Shown here: one piece after another, positions 1-9,709 of the stretch | How positions within the stretch are numbered: the stretch's first letter is position 1 | Layout of the letters: every line of letters begins with the position of its first letter | Assembly (NCBI GenBank): GCA_964384945.1 | Contig: CAYLMK010000012.1 | Span: 67,498 to 131,497 of the forward strand | Length of the DNA: 64,000 nucleotides | Direction: 5' to 3' | From: an uncultured Thermodesulfobacteriota bacterium | GTDB lineage: Bacteria; Desulfobacterota; DSWW01 | The notes under the pieces: model-generated | Databases searched by the model: none | What the model was told of the DNA's origin: nothing | Seen by the model: only the letters and a program-made list of their open reading frames with translations | Made by a program: the position numbers and the translations under genes

Positions 1-660
1 AGTGCGATCGCCTCTTCCTCCGCGTTGACCGAGATGATCAAGGGGAAGACCCTCGAAGAGGCGGAGAAGATCACGAACCAGGACATCGCCGACTTCCTGG
101 GAGGGCTGCCGGAGGAGAAGATGCATTGTTCGGTCATGGGCAAGGAGGCCCTCGAGGCCGCCATCGCCTATTACCGGGGAGAGGCGAAGCCGCACGCCCA
201 GGAAGACATCGTGTGCAAGTGCTTCGGGATTACAGGACGGGAAATCAGGGAGGTCGCCAGGCTGAACGGTCTGAAGACGGTCGAGCAGGTCACGCACTAC
301 ACCAAGGCGGGCGGGGGTTGCAGCACCTGCCAGCCCGAGATCCAGGAGATCCTCAGGGAGATTGCGGAAGAGCAGGAAAGGGAGAAAAAGTCCCGCGAGG
401 CGAAGTCCGGCAGGAGGCTCACGAACCTGCAGAAGATCAGACTGATCGAGGAGACGATGGACCGCGAAATCAGGCCCTCCCTGAAGCAGGACGGGGGGGA
501 CATCGACCTTCTCGACGTGGAGGGCAACAAGGTGTACGTGGGCTTTCGGGGAACCTGCTCCTCGTGTCCGAGCTCCGAATTCACCCTGAAGGGCTATGTG
601 CAAGAGAAGCTTCGGGAATTCGTCAGCCCCGAGATCGAAGTAGAGGAAATGGCGCCATGA
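1..660 (+). CDS. nifU: NifU-type Fe-S cluster assembly scaffold (5'-partial; reading frame runs off the window start)
   Basis: Translation shows the IscU-like domain end (..AIASSSALTEMIKGK..HCSVMGKEA), a central BFD-like 2Fe-2S CxC..CxxC segment, and the C-terminal NifU domain (GTCSSCPSS). The frame is open to nt 1. The stop overlaps the next start (ATGA at 657-660). Confidence 0.85.
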   Translation, partial: SAIASSSALTEMIKGKTLEEAEKITNQDIADFLGGLPEEKMHCSVMGKEALEAAIAYYRGEAKPHAQEDIVCKCFGITGREIREVARLNGLKTVEQVTHYTKAGGGCSTCQPEIQEILREIAEEQEREKKSREAKSGRRLTNLQKIRLIEETMDREIRPSLKQDGGDIDLLDVEGNKVYVGFRGTCSSCPSSEFTLKGYVQEKLREFVSPEIEVEEMAP

Positions 661-1853
661 CGAAGACGGTCTACCTCGACAACAATTCGACCACGGTGGT
701 CGCTGCGGAGGTCGTGGAGGTCATGCTCCCCTTCTTTCGCGAACGGTACGGCAACCCCTCCAGCATGCACTCCTTCGGCGGTCGGGACAAGCGGGCCATC
801 GAGAAGGCACGGGAAAAGGTGGCTCACCTGATCGGGGCGCACCCGGACGAGATCGTGTTCACGAGCTGCGGCACGGAGAGCGACAACGCGGCGATCATGG
901 GCACGCTGGATCGCTACCCGGACAAGAAGCACTTTGTGACGACCCGGGTGGAGCACCCGGCGGTGTGGAACCTTTGTCCGTACCTCAGGAGCAAGGGGTA
1001 TCGGACCACCGAGCTTTCGGTGGACCGCAAAGGGCGGCTCGACCTCGACGAGCTCAGGTCTTCGCTCAGCGACGATACCGCGATCGTCAGTATCATGTAC
1101 GCCAACAACGAGACGGGTACGATCTTCCCGATCGACAGGATCGCAGAGATCGTCAAGGCCAAGGGAATCCCCTTTCACACGGATGCCGTGCAGGCCGTGG
1201 GCAAGATCCCCCTCGATATGAGCAGGCAGCCCGTGGACATGCTTTCTCTCTCCGGGCACAAGCTGCATGCGCCCAAAGGGATCGGCGTGCTCTACCTGAG
1301 AAGAGGGACCAAGTTTTCGCCTTTCATGAAGGGAGGCCATCAGGAGAAGGGTCGAAGAGGCGGGACCGAGAACGTGCCCTACATCGTTGGGCTCGGCAGG
1401 GCGGCTGAGCTGGCCGTTGCACATCTGGAAGAAGAGAACACCCGGGTTCGGGCCCTGCGGGACCGCATGGAAGCGGGCATCGTCAAGAGCATTCCAAACA
1501 CGATCGTCAACGGAGATGTCGAGAGCCGGCTCCCCAATACGAGCAGCGTATGCTTTGAATACGTGGAGGGAGAATCCATCCTGATGCTGCTCGACGAGTT
1601 CGGGATCTGCGCTTCCTCCGGGTCTGCCTGCACGTCCGGCTCGCTCGAGCCTTCCCACGTGCTCCGGGCGATGGGGGTTCCCTTCACCGCCGCGCACGGT
1701 TCGATCCGGCTCAGCCTGAGCATCTTCAACACGGACGAAGAGATCGACTATCTGCTGCGGAATCTGCCGCCGATCATCGCCAAGCTGCGGGAGATTTCCC
1801 CGTTCTGGAAGGACTTCCGGCAGGGAAGGGCATCACCGGTTGCTGCCGGGTGA
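657..1853 (+). CDS. nifS: Cysteine desulfurase, NifS/IscS class V aminotransferase
   Basis: Begins MTKTVYLDNNSTT. Carries PLP-lysine region SGHKLHAPKG and active-site SSGSACTS. ATG at 657 overlaps the nifU stop. The long upstream extension in ORF 126..1853 is rejected. Confidence 0.9.
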   Translation: MTKTVYLDNNSTTVVAAEVVEVMLPFFRERYGNPSSMHSFGGRDKRAIEKAREKVAHLIGAHPDEIVFTSCGTESDNAAIMGTLDRYPDKKHFVTTRVEHPAVWNLCPYLRSKGYRTTELSVDRKGRLDLDELRSSLSDDTAIVSIMYANNETGTIFPIDRIAEIVKAKGIPFHTDAVQAVGKIPLDMSRQPVDMLSLSGHKLHAPKGIGVLYLRRGTKFSPFMKGGHQEKGRRGGTENVPYIVGLGRAAELAVAHLEEENTRVRALRDRMEAGIVKSIPNTIVNGDVESRLPNTSSVCFEYVEGESILMLLDEFGICASSGSACTSGSLEPSHVLRAMGVPFTAAHGSIRLSLSIFNTDEEIDYLLRNLPPIIAKLREISPFWKDFRQGRASPVAAG

Positions 1854-2219
1854 GGCCGAGACGGCGTCCGGCCGTGGGGTCCTCGACGGATACGGGAGCA
1901 CTGCGGGCGCCTGTTCGGTGGCGTTTCCAACCGAGCCGCTCCAGCGACTCTTTGATCCTGTCTTTCCCTCACCTGCCGGCACCACCGATCATGAGCCGCG
2001 TGTTCAACTTCGATCTCAACCGCGAATGGTTCTGGAGAGCGCCCGTGGCGGCGGGCAAGGGTGCCGCTCGTCTTCTACCGGGGCTTGTTGGGCTGCAGTG
2101 GCGATCTGAGGGCCCTCAGCGAGGATCGTGCCGCATTCCGACAAGAGGCTGTTGAAATCCGCTGGCGATTGTGCTGGCATGGGGGCTGGGGGGGGGCGGA
2201 TGAACAAAGGAAGGGGCAA

Positions 2220-3278
2220 GTGGAAACCGACAAACGGATTCCGCTCACATCGCTGAGCCACAAGGGGGGCTGAGCCTGCAAGGTAAGCCCAGGGGACCTG
2301 GGTGACGTTCTTTGCGGGTTGACCCCGATTACGGATCCGAAAGTGCTCGTGGGGACAAGCACCCGCGACGACGCGGCGGTCTACCTTCTGGACGATCAGA
2401 CCGCCCTCGTCCAGTCGGTCGATGTCTTCACGCCGGTCGTGGACGATCCGTACACCTTCGGACAGGTGGCTGCAGCCAACTCGCTCTCCGATATCTATGC
2501 CATGGGAGCCCGGCCGATCCTGGCCCTCTCGGTCATCGGGTTCCCGGTGGACAAGCTTCCGCTCTCCGATATGCGGGCGATTCTCCAGGGGGGTGTCGAC
2601 AAGGCTCGGGAAGCCGGTATCGAGGTTGCGGGCGGCCACTCCCTTGAGGACAACGAGCCGAAGTACGGGCTGTGCGTGACGGGCCTGGTCCGCCCGGACC
2701 GCATCCTCCGCAACAGCTCCGCCCGCCCGGGGGATCTGTTGATCCTGACCAAGCCCCTGGGGAGCGGAGTGATCACCCATGCCATCAAGAAGGGCAAGGC
2801 GACGGCAGAGGAGATTGAAGCGGTCGTGGATTGCATGACCCGGCTCAACCGAGTTGCATCCGAGGCCATGGTCGAGGTGGGCGTGTCCGCATGCACCGAC
2901 GTGACAGGCTACGGGCTCCTCGGGCACCTGATCGAGATGGTCCAGGGGTCTGCCGTTTCGGCCCGGCTCCGAGTCTCGCGTTTGCCGGTCCTCTCCGGTG
3001 TACGCGAGCACGTCAGGCGTGGAATCTATCCCGGCGGCACCCGAAAGAACCTGGAGTTTTTCGGCAGGTACGTGGAGTGGGAAGAGGGTGTGGATGAGCA
3101 GGACCGGCTGATCATGGCGGACGCACAGACCTCCGGCGGGCTTCTCATTGCCGTACCGCGGGAACGTGCGGAGGCCATGAAGAAGGTTCTCGAAGACCGT
3201 GGGGTGACCCCGTGCGCCGAAATCGGGGAAATCCTGCCCGTCGGGAGAGAGCCGGGGATCCATGTTTCGGATGATTGA
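2220..3278 (+). CDS. selD: Selenide, water dikinase (selenophosphate synthetase), selenocysteine-containing form with in-frame UGA at 2271-2273
   Basis: Read in frame, ORF 2061..2273 and ORF 2319..3278 join across a TGA to give ..RIPLTSLSHKGG-U-ACKVSPGDL..LVGTSTRDDAAVY, matching the E. coli SelD N-terminus (IRLTQYSHGAGCGCK..LVGNETRDDAAVY). GTG start at 2220 is preceded by AAGGAAGGGG 5 nt upstream. AIR-synthase-like fold continues to 3278. Confidence 0.85.
2274..2313 (+). promoter_or_regulatory. Candidate SECIS-like hairpin immediately 3' of the selD UGA
   Basis: Inner stem cccagg(2288-2293)/cctggg(2297-2302). Possible outer stem caagg(2278-2282)/ctttg(2309-2313) with a G-U pair. Hand-folded only. 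Confidence 0.3.
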
Positions 3279-3632
3279 GAATCCGGAAAAGTGAAAATAG
3301 TAAAGTAAAATATGAATATATCTATATAAGTCTTTGTAAATGTGAACTATTTGTAGAGATTGATCGCTAAGATCGACCCGCATGCACCCAACGCTACCTA
3401 CCCTGAACCCTCTGGACAGGCGCGTACATCTACCTGTAGACTGGTTTTGTGACCCCACCGTAGCGTGACAAGCTCCGGAACATTCCCGAGGTTCCAGTCA
3501 TTTCGTGAACCAGAGCCCTTCTCTTCCGTCTAACGGTTAGGTCTGAATCCGGTCGGGATTCGTCATCGTGACGGCCTGCTTTTCTGCGCGGGAGAGGCGG
3601 GCGTTGTAGTTTGGAACGCGCAGACAAGAGAT

Positions 3633-3953
3633 ATGCAAATGATGGTCAATCGAGTTCAGGAAGAGGTGAAATACCTTCAGCAAAGGCTGGATGATCAGGC
3701 GGATAGCGTGTCCTCACAGCTCAAGATACCTCGCGTGAAGGCACGCGAAAAGATCAAGAAGGCCTGGCTGGACGGCTGTATCCTTTGCAAGCGACAGGGG
3801 CCCACGACCCCCCATTTTTTCAAGGGTCAGGTCTACGTGATCTGCGCCGAGTGCGATATCGCCTATGCGATGGAACACGGCGAAAAGGATCTCAAGAAAT
3901 CGATCGCGCGCAGGTTGGCCCGAAGATCGAAGTCTTCGGCATCCAGAAACTAG
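3633..3953 (+). CDS. Small hypothetical protein with CxxC..CxxC zinc-ribbon and basic C-terminal tail
   Basis: 106-aa ORF. GCILCKR...ICAECD motif. No family recognised. Weak RBS. Follows a 350-bp structured intergenic region. Confidence 0.45.
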   Translation: MQMMVNRVQEEVKYLQQRLDDQADSVSSQLKIPRVKAREKIKKAWLDGCILCKRQGPTTPHFFKGQVYVICAECDIAYAMEHGEKDLKKSIARRLARRSKSSASRN

Positions 3954-4144
3954 CCGGCCTGAATGGGCGTGCCTCGTGAGGATCTTGGGCCTTTCCGAAG
4001 GCCGGCAAAGCCGATAGGCTTGCCGCTTCGTCGAGTTCGTGAAGAGGATCGCGGAGTTGGGCGGCCGCGAGGAAGAAGGCGGGCCGCGCCCCTCAGCGCG
4101 GCCCGTCGCAGTCGCGTCGTGGAAACCATGCTGTCACCCGTTTT

Positions 4145-4606
4145 TCAGGGGACCGCGCAGATTTCCTCCTGGCACACCAGACCCTGGCTGCAGTCGGCGT
4201 CCTCCAGGCAGGCCTCCCCCTCGTTTCCGGCCGGCTGGCATGTTGCGACCTGGTCGAGGATGTCGATGCGGTCGCATCCCCCGGAGAGCCTCCCGAACAG
4301 GCGTTCCACCAGTGCCTCGATGTCGATTTGCCAGGGAAGGTATGGCAGCCTCTTCATCAACTCGGGAACCAGAAATTCGTCGAAGTAGGTCTCGAGTTCG
4401 ACAAGGAAGGCGGGGCACGCATCGGCCAGGGTGACCGCTTCGTTGCACACCAAGCCGAGTTCCTCGCAGTACGCCAGGGTGAAATCACCGTCGTCCCACC
4501 CGGGAAAGGTCTCCTCCGTACAGGCCATGGGCGGCTGGGGGGCGCCGCAGCCCGCTGCTCCAGGGAGGACAATCAACAGCGTTACGAAGAAGAGCCTCAG
4601 GTTCAT
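4145..4606 (-). CDS. Cysteine-rich acidic lipoprotein (signal peptide plus lipobox LPGAAGC)
   Basis: Start MNLRLFFVTLLIVLPGAAGC with GGAGGG RBS 7 nt upstream. 11 Cys in the mature part. No recognisable family. Confidence 0.7.
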   Translation of the reverse strand: MNLRLFFVTLLIVLPGAAGCGAPQPPMACTEETFPGWDDGDFTLAYCEELGLVCNEAVTLADACPAFLVELETYFDEFLVPELMKRLPYLPWQIDIEALVERLFGRLSGGCDRIDILDQVATCQPAGNEGEACLEDADCSQGLVCQEEICAVP

Positions 4607-4920
4607 GTTTTCCCTCCTTTGCTTGCAGGTTCTTCAGGGGGTTGTTGCCGCAGGAAGCTACAAGAGTTGTGCCAGACGCAGAGGAGGGAACAAAAGTTAT
4701 CGAGGTCACTGCGTTTTTTGTGAATCAGGGAACCCCCGCCCGGTATCGTCCCGGGCTCCTTCTTACGAAAATAGTCACGCCTGGGGCCGTCTTTGTCACC
4801 GGCCGGGGTCCCGCTGCAGGCATTCGGTGTCACCCGCGCGTTCTTCGCCTGACGCCCTGAGGGTTGGGCCGGATTCGACAGACAGGGGGGCTTCATCCCC
4901 ATGACCGGTCCGCGGTCAGG

Positions 4921-5355
4921 TCAGGGCGGCGCCTGCGTATACCTCTCCGGGCTCGACCGGAAGACGTGGGCGTTCTTCTTCTCTTCGGCAATCTTCTCGA
5001 TGGCGCCGAAGTTCAGGAGGTATTCCATCGTACCCAGGTAGTTGCCTTCCGGGCTTCGTATGGCGAAAAACCTGTTCAGGGCCCTGAGACCGATTTCCTC
5101 GACCACGACCCAGAATTCCGCCTCGTCCGCCTTGCCGCTCTTGAAATCGGAAAGCATGCTTTCCAGCCTGGGCAGGCTTTCCTTCTTGTGGCAGTCGCGC
5201 ACATCTTCTCCGAGCCGGTCCTTCGGGGCTTCCATCAGGCGGGCCTTGGATTCGTTCCACCACCGGATCTTGTCGTTTGCGTCGATGAAGACCATCTGGA
5301 AGGGCAGCGCGTCGAACATGGCCTTGATCTGTTCCCTGCTCAGATTCTCGATCAT
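4921..5355 (-). CDS. Stand-alone PAS-domain protein
   Basis: 144 aa. PAS-like N-terminus LSREQIKAMFDALPFQMVFIDANDKIRWWNE. GGAGG RBS. Lies 130 bp downstream of the sensor kinase on the same strand. Confidence 0.7.
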   Translation of the reverse strand: MIENLSREQIKAMFDALPFQMVFIDANDKIRWWNESKARLMEAPKDRLGEDVRDCHKKESLPRLESMLSDFKSGKADEAEFWVVVEEIGLRALNRFFAIRSPEGNYLGTMEYLLNFGAIEKIAEEKKNAHVFRSSPERYTQAPP

Positions 5356-5484
5356 GCGTCACCTCCGCTCCTGTTCGTTTTCGTCCATCGAGACCCGGCG
5401 TCCGCCTCGGAACGGCAAGGCGGGGGTGCAGGGCGACGACAGTATTTCGGGTTGCACGGCTCGGAGTCAAGACGCGATGGATTC

Positions 5485-8439
5485 CTACCGGTCGACATCC
5501 CGGGTGACCCGCGCCAGGACCTCCCCGAGTTCTTCGATGCGGTAGGGTTTGACGATGACCGAGCAGAATCCGTAATCGCGGTAGTTGGACATCACCGGAT
5601 CGTTCGCGTACCCGCTCGAGACGATGATTCTGGCATCCGGATCGATCCGGAGGATTTCGGCCGCCGCCTCCCTGCCTCCCATGCCCCCGGGAATCGTGAG
5701 ATCCATGATCACCGCATGGAAGGGACGCCCTTCGCGCAGGGCTTCCCGGAAGCGCAGGATCCCCTGGGCGCCGTCTTCGGCGAACTCGACTTCATACCCG
5801 ATCCGCGTCAGTGCCTGTCCGGCCGCTGTCCGGACGATTCCTTCATCATCGACCAGCAGGATGCGGCCTTCCCCCTGGATCTCCTTTCTCTTTCCTTCTT
5901 CCTGCTCGCCGAGGGTCCCGCCGACTGCGGGCAGAAAAAAGGTGAAGGTGGTTCCCTGCGCGGGCACCGACCGAACCTCGATGTGTCCCCCATGATGGCG
6001 AACGATCGCGAACGAGGTTGTCAGGCCGAGGCCGCTTCCCCTCTGTTTTGTCGTGAAGAAGGGGTCGAATACGTTCGGAAGGTCCTTGGCCGGGATGCCG
6101 ACTCCGTGGTCGGTCACGGATACCCTCAGGTACGTCCCTTTGGGGAGGGGCAGGGCGGTCTTTTCTTCCACAACGAAATTCTCGGCTTCGATGCGGATCG
6201 TGCCGCCCCGGGGCATGGACTGGTCCGCGTTGATGACCAGGTTCTGAATGAGCTGGCCGATCTGACCCGGATCCGCCTCCACCAGCCACAGGTTCTGAGG
6301 GAAATCGTATCGGCACCTCGACTTCGAGCCGCTGAGCGCGAATTCGGCGGACTCCCGGATCAATTTCGCCGGCGACACCGTCGTCTTGATCGGCGCTCCG
6401 CCCTTGGCAAAGGCCAGGAGCTGCTGCGTAAGGCCCTGTGCGCGAATCGACGCCTTTTCCGCGTCCGCCAGCATCTGGGAAAGGTCTTCCCCGAGTTCCC
6501 CATAGAGCCTGGCCATCGAGAGGTTGGTCAAGATCGCGGTCAGGATATTGTTGAAATCGTGGGCGATCCCGCCTGCCAGGATCCCGAGGGATTCGAGCTT
6601 TTCGATCTTCTGCAGTTCCTCCTGGATCCGGCTGTATTCGGTGATGTCCATGACCGAGACGAGCGCCTTCGCCAAGGTGCGTTCGCACCCCGGGGCCACG
6701 GTCCACCGATAGAAGATACGCTTGCGCCTGCCCTGAAAGGTCAGGACGGTCACATCTCCCCCCTGAGAGGACGTGTTCCCCTCTGCGATTTTCGCAATCT
6801 CCCCGCCGCAAATCCTCATCGTTTCCTCGTCTACGACAATCACCTTGGAGACGTTCCTCAGGAACTCCTCCTTTGTGCCCGCCTCAAAGAGCGCCACGTT
6901 CGCCCGGTTCGTGTCGTTCACCCGTACCGCCATGAGACATTCCAGCAACTCTTCCGGATGGAGTTCGAAATGTCTCCGGAAATCCCGGATCCCCTCCTCG
7001 CGCAGCCTGTCAATCTGTCTCTTCACGTCCGAGACGTCCGTCTCCCACAGGGCGACCGGCGATTCTTCGAAAAGGCTCCGGTACCTCGCCTCGCTCTCCC
7101 GCAGGGCCGCTTCGACCCTCTTTCGCCCCGTGATGTCACGAAGCACGGCAAGCAGGACGGGTTTGCCGTCGATCTGAATCATCTGCCCGAGCACCTCGAA
7201 GGGCACAGAGCCTCCGTCCTTCCGCCTCACCGGGATTTCGGTCGGCTGGTCCCAGAGGTCGTCGAGAACCACCCGGCGGAAGGTTTTTTCCGCGGACGCC
7301 CTCGACTCGGCCGGAACGAAATCCAGGTAGGACTGCCCCACGATCTCTTCCTGGGACAGGCAGACCGCTTCGCAGGCGGTCGGGTTCACGTCGAGGATTC
7401 GTCCGGTGTCCGGCTCGATGAGCACGATCGAATCGAGCGAGCCGTCGAACACGGTCCGGAACCGCTCTTCGCTCTCGCGAAGGGCCTGCTCGGTCTGCTC
7501 CCGCACCGCGATCTGGGCCCGGAGTTCGCGGTTCGTCTTTTCGAGCGCCTCCGTCCGCGCCTCCACGAGGCGCTCGAGTTCCTGCCGGGATTTCCGGAGA
7601 TCCTCCTCGATTCGCACCCGGTCGCTGATGTCCCGGACCGCACCGCAAAGGACCTTGCGGCCCCGCAACACGAACGTGCTGGTCGCCACCTCGACGGGAA
7701 AGACGGTTCCGTCCTTCTTTTTGTGATAGCGTAACGGCACGTTCCCTCGACCCGTTGCCGCGTGCTCCTGGATCGTCCTCCAGGTGCGCTCCGGTTCGGC
7801 CGATATGTCCGTGACCCTGAGCTGCAGAAGTTCCGCCCGGCAGTACCCGTACATCTTCACGGTGGCGTCGTTGACATCGATGATCTCCCCGGTGTCCGGG
7901 TAGAGGAGCACCATCGCATCCGATTCCGTCTGAAAGAGCTGGCGGTACTTCTCCTCCCTCTCCAGCAACGCCTGTTCCGCCGCCTGCCGGAGGTCGGTCG
8001 TGTCGACAAGGAATCCCCGCAGGCCGACGATCCTGCCTTCGCGAAAGATCGGCGCGGCTCGAGCCAGGACCGGAAAGGGGGTCCCATCCTTCCGCTGGGC
8101 GGTGTACTCGGTCATGCCCGCCTCGTCGCCCCGCAGAAGTCGAAGCATATTCCGTCCGGCTCTCTCCCTGTCTTCCGGCACAAAGAGGTCAAGGGTCCTG
8201 AACCCCTTCTCCAGGTCTTCCGCGCAGTAGCCTGTGATCTCGTACGCCTTTCGGTTCACGAACGTAAGCACGCCCCGCTCGTCCGTCTCGAAGGCGATCT
8301 CGGGCAGAAACTCGGCGAAGTCGCGAAACCGCTCCGCCTCCGCACGCAATTGCCGCACGGCATCCTGCAGCCGGCTGTTTTCGGCCTCGAGGGCCCTGAC
8401 CCTGTCGGCGAGATCCTCGACGCCCGGCCTTTCCGCCAC
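5485..8439 (-). CDS. Multi-PAS/PAC sensor hybrid histidine kinase with C-terminal receiver domain
   Basis: N-terminal coiled coil and several PAS repeats. HisKA H-box IAHDFNNILTAI. HATPase_c (GVGIPAKDLPNVFDPFFTTK..GSGLGLTTS). REC domain (ILLVDDE...VIMDLTIPGGMGG). Confidence 0.9.
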   Translation of the reverse strand: MAERPGVEDLADRVRALEAENSRLQDAVRQLRAEAERFRDFAEFLPEIAFETDERGVLTFVNRKAYEITGYCAEDLEKGFRTLDLFVPEDRERAGRNMLRLLRGDEAGMTEYTAQRKDGTPFPVLARAAPIFREGRIVGLRGFLVDTTDLRQAAEQALLEREEKYRQLFQTESDAMVLLYPDTGEIIDVNDATVKMYGYCRAELLQLRVTDISAEPERTWRTIQEHAATGRGNVPLRYHKKKDGTVFPVEVATSTFVLRGRKVLCGAVRDISDRVRIEEDLRKSRQELERLVEARTEALEKTNRELRAQIAVREQTEQALRESEERFRTVFDGSLDSIVLIEPDTGRILDVNPTACEAVCLSQEEIVGQSYLDFVPAESRASAEKTFRRVVLDDLWDQPTEIPVRRKDGGSVPFEVLGQMIQIDGKPVLLAVLRDITGRKRVEAALRESEARYRSLFEESPVALWETDVSDVKRQIDRLREEGIRDFRRHFELHPEELLECLMAVRVNDTNRANVALFEAGTKEEFLRNVSKVIVVDEETMRICGGEIAKIAEGNTSSQGGDVTVLTFQGRRKRIFYRWTVAPGCERTLAKALVSVMDITEYSRIQEELQKIEKLESLGILAGGIAHDFNNILTAILTNLSMARLYGELGEDLSQMLADAEKASIRAQGLTQQLLAFAKGGAPIKTTVSPAKLIRESAEFALSGSKSRCRYDFPQNLWLVEADPGQIGQLIQNLVINADQSMPRGGTIRIEAENFVVEEKTALPLPKGTYLRVSVTDHGVGIPAKDLPNVFDPFFTTKQRGSGLGLTTSFAIVRHHGGHIEVRSVPAQGTTFTFFLPAVGGTLGEQEEGKRKEIQGEGRILLVDDEGIVRTAAGQALTRIGYEVEFAEDGAQGILRFREALREGRPFHAVIMDLTIPGGMGGREAAAEILRIDPDARIIVSSGYANDPVMSNYRDYGFCSVIVKPYRIEELGEVLARVTRDVDR

Positions 8440-8676
8440 GGCGGCTTCTCCTTTGCGGACTGGGGGTAGCTGCGCGATCGTCGGTGGGAAGTATTCTAAT
8501 ACAAAGAACGTCCCAATTTCGATAACGGTCTTCCCCTGGAGGGCGCGACAGAGGGCTGGAGATTGCCGGGCCGGGCGATCCCGCCTTGACCCCGCCGGTA
8601 CTTCTCTCTACTCTTTCAGCAGAAAAAGCGGGGACCGGTACGGAAATCGAACGTGAGATCCGCGGGGGCCGGCCGG

Positions 8677-9648
8677 ATGAACGAGCGAGAGCGCTTTCGC
8701 CGCCTCTTTCGAGGAGAACCTGTGGACAGGCCGCCGCTCCTCGATGAAGGGGTTCGGGAGGAGGTGATCGAGAGATGGCGTTCCCAGGGGCTTGCCCCAG
8801 ACAGAACGCACCTGGAGGTCTTCGGCCTGACGCCCCATGAGAACGTGGAGCCGGACCTTCGGTTCCGGCCCCGGTACTTCGGCCGGGTTCTTGCTCTCGC
8901 GGCGAGAGGCTACAGGAAAGCCTATGACGTGTCCTGGAAGCGTTTGGGCGAGGCCTGGGACGAGACGGTCCGACGTCTCAGGGACCGGGACCACATCGTC
9001 GGTATCTGGGCGTCGCGGGGCTTCTTTCAGGCCTTGGGGGTCGGGGATTGGCCGACGCTCGAGCAGGTGCTGGAGGGGGTCATCGATCACCCCGGAAAGG
9101 TGCGCAACCGCCTCCGGATGTACGCCGATTTCTGCGGCCGCATGCTGGAGATGGCCCTGGCCGACCTGGATCCGGAGTTCATTTACCTGAGCGAGCCCAT
9201 CTCGGACAACAAGGGCCCCCTGATCTCTCCTGCCATGTTCGAGGATCTCATGATCCCGGTCTACGAAAGGCTCATCTCGGTTGCAAAAGCACATGGATGC
9301 GAGCAGATCCTTGTGAGCACGTATGGGAACACGGCCCGGCTGCTTCCCTGCATGATCCGGGCCGGTGTCACGATCCTGTGGGTTTCGGAGGCGTCCGAGG
9401 TGCCTGAAATCGACTACCGGAATCTGCGCAACCGCCACGGGGCCGGCCTCGGTCTCATCGGAGGCATCCCTCTCAGCCTGCTTCGGGCCGGCGAATCCGG
9501 CCGATTGGAAGCAAGGCTCCGCGAGATCGTTGCGCCCCTGCTGTCGTCCGGCCGTTACATACCGCTTGCCGGCGGCAGGGTCCGGGAAGAGGTCCCGTGG
9601 CCCATCTACGAGCGTTACCGAAGAACCCTGGCCGAGTTGATCGGTTGA
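8677..9648 (+). CDS. Uroporphyrinogen-decarboxylase (URO-D)/MtaA-like family protein
   Basis: 323 aa from MNERERFRR (alternative GTG at 8653). Overall similarity to URO-D/methylcobamide methyltransferase-fold proteins. Function unknown. Confidence 0.55.
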   Translation: MNERERFRRLFRGEPVDRPPLLDEGVREEVIERWRSQGLAPDRTHLEVFGLTPHENVEPDLRFRPRYFGRVLALAARGYRKAYDVSWKRLGEAWDETVRRLRDRDHIVGIWASRGFFQALGVGDWPTLEQVLEGVIDHPGKVRNRLRMYADFCGRMLEMALADLDPEFIYLSEPISDNKGPLISPAMFEDLMIPVYERLISVAKAHGCEQILVSTYGNTARLLPCMIRAGVTILWVSEASEVPEIDYRNLRNRHGAGLGLIGGIPLSLLRAGESGRLEARLREIVAPLLSSGRYIPLAGGRVREEVPWPIYERYRRTLAELIG

Positions 9649-9709
9649 GATTGCATAGTATACGGTCACGGCTCTGTTCAGGAAAGAAACCCGCGCCCGG
9701 AGATCCGGG

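Noticed and set aside
126-1853. 575-aa ORF suggesting a long N-terminal extension of NifS
   Set aside because: The N-terminal 177 residues are Arg/Gly-rich out-of-frame translation of nifU. Homology begins at the ATG at 657, which overlaps the nifU stop.
3400-3560. Searched for tRNA-Sec (selC) or other tRNA near selD
   Set aside because: No 8-bp acceptor stem/long variable arm or UCA anticodon loop arrangement could be folded. Only isolated short hairpins.
4864-7734. 956-aa ORF on the plus strand
   Set aside because: Entirely antisense to the well-supported PAS hybrid histidine kinase. Arg/Gly/Pro-rich low-complexity translation typical of spurious frames in high-GC DNA. Likewise 2016..3458(-), 8608..9669(-), 24657..26291(+), 38055..40232(-), 46725..48077(-), 55836..58085(+) and other long antisense ORFs.
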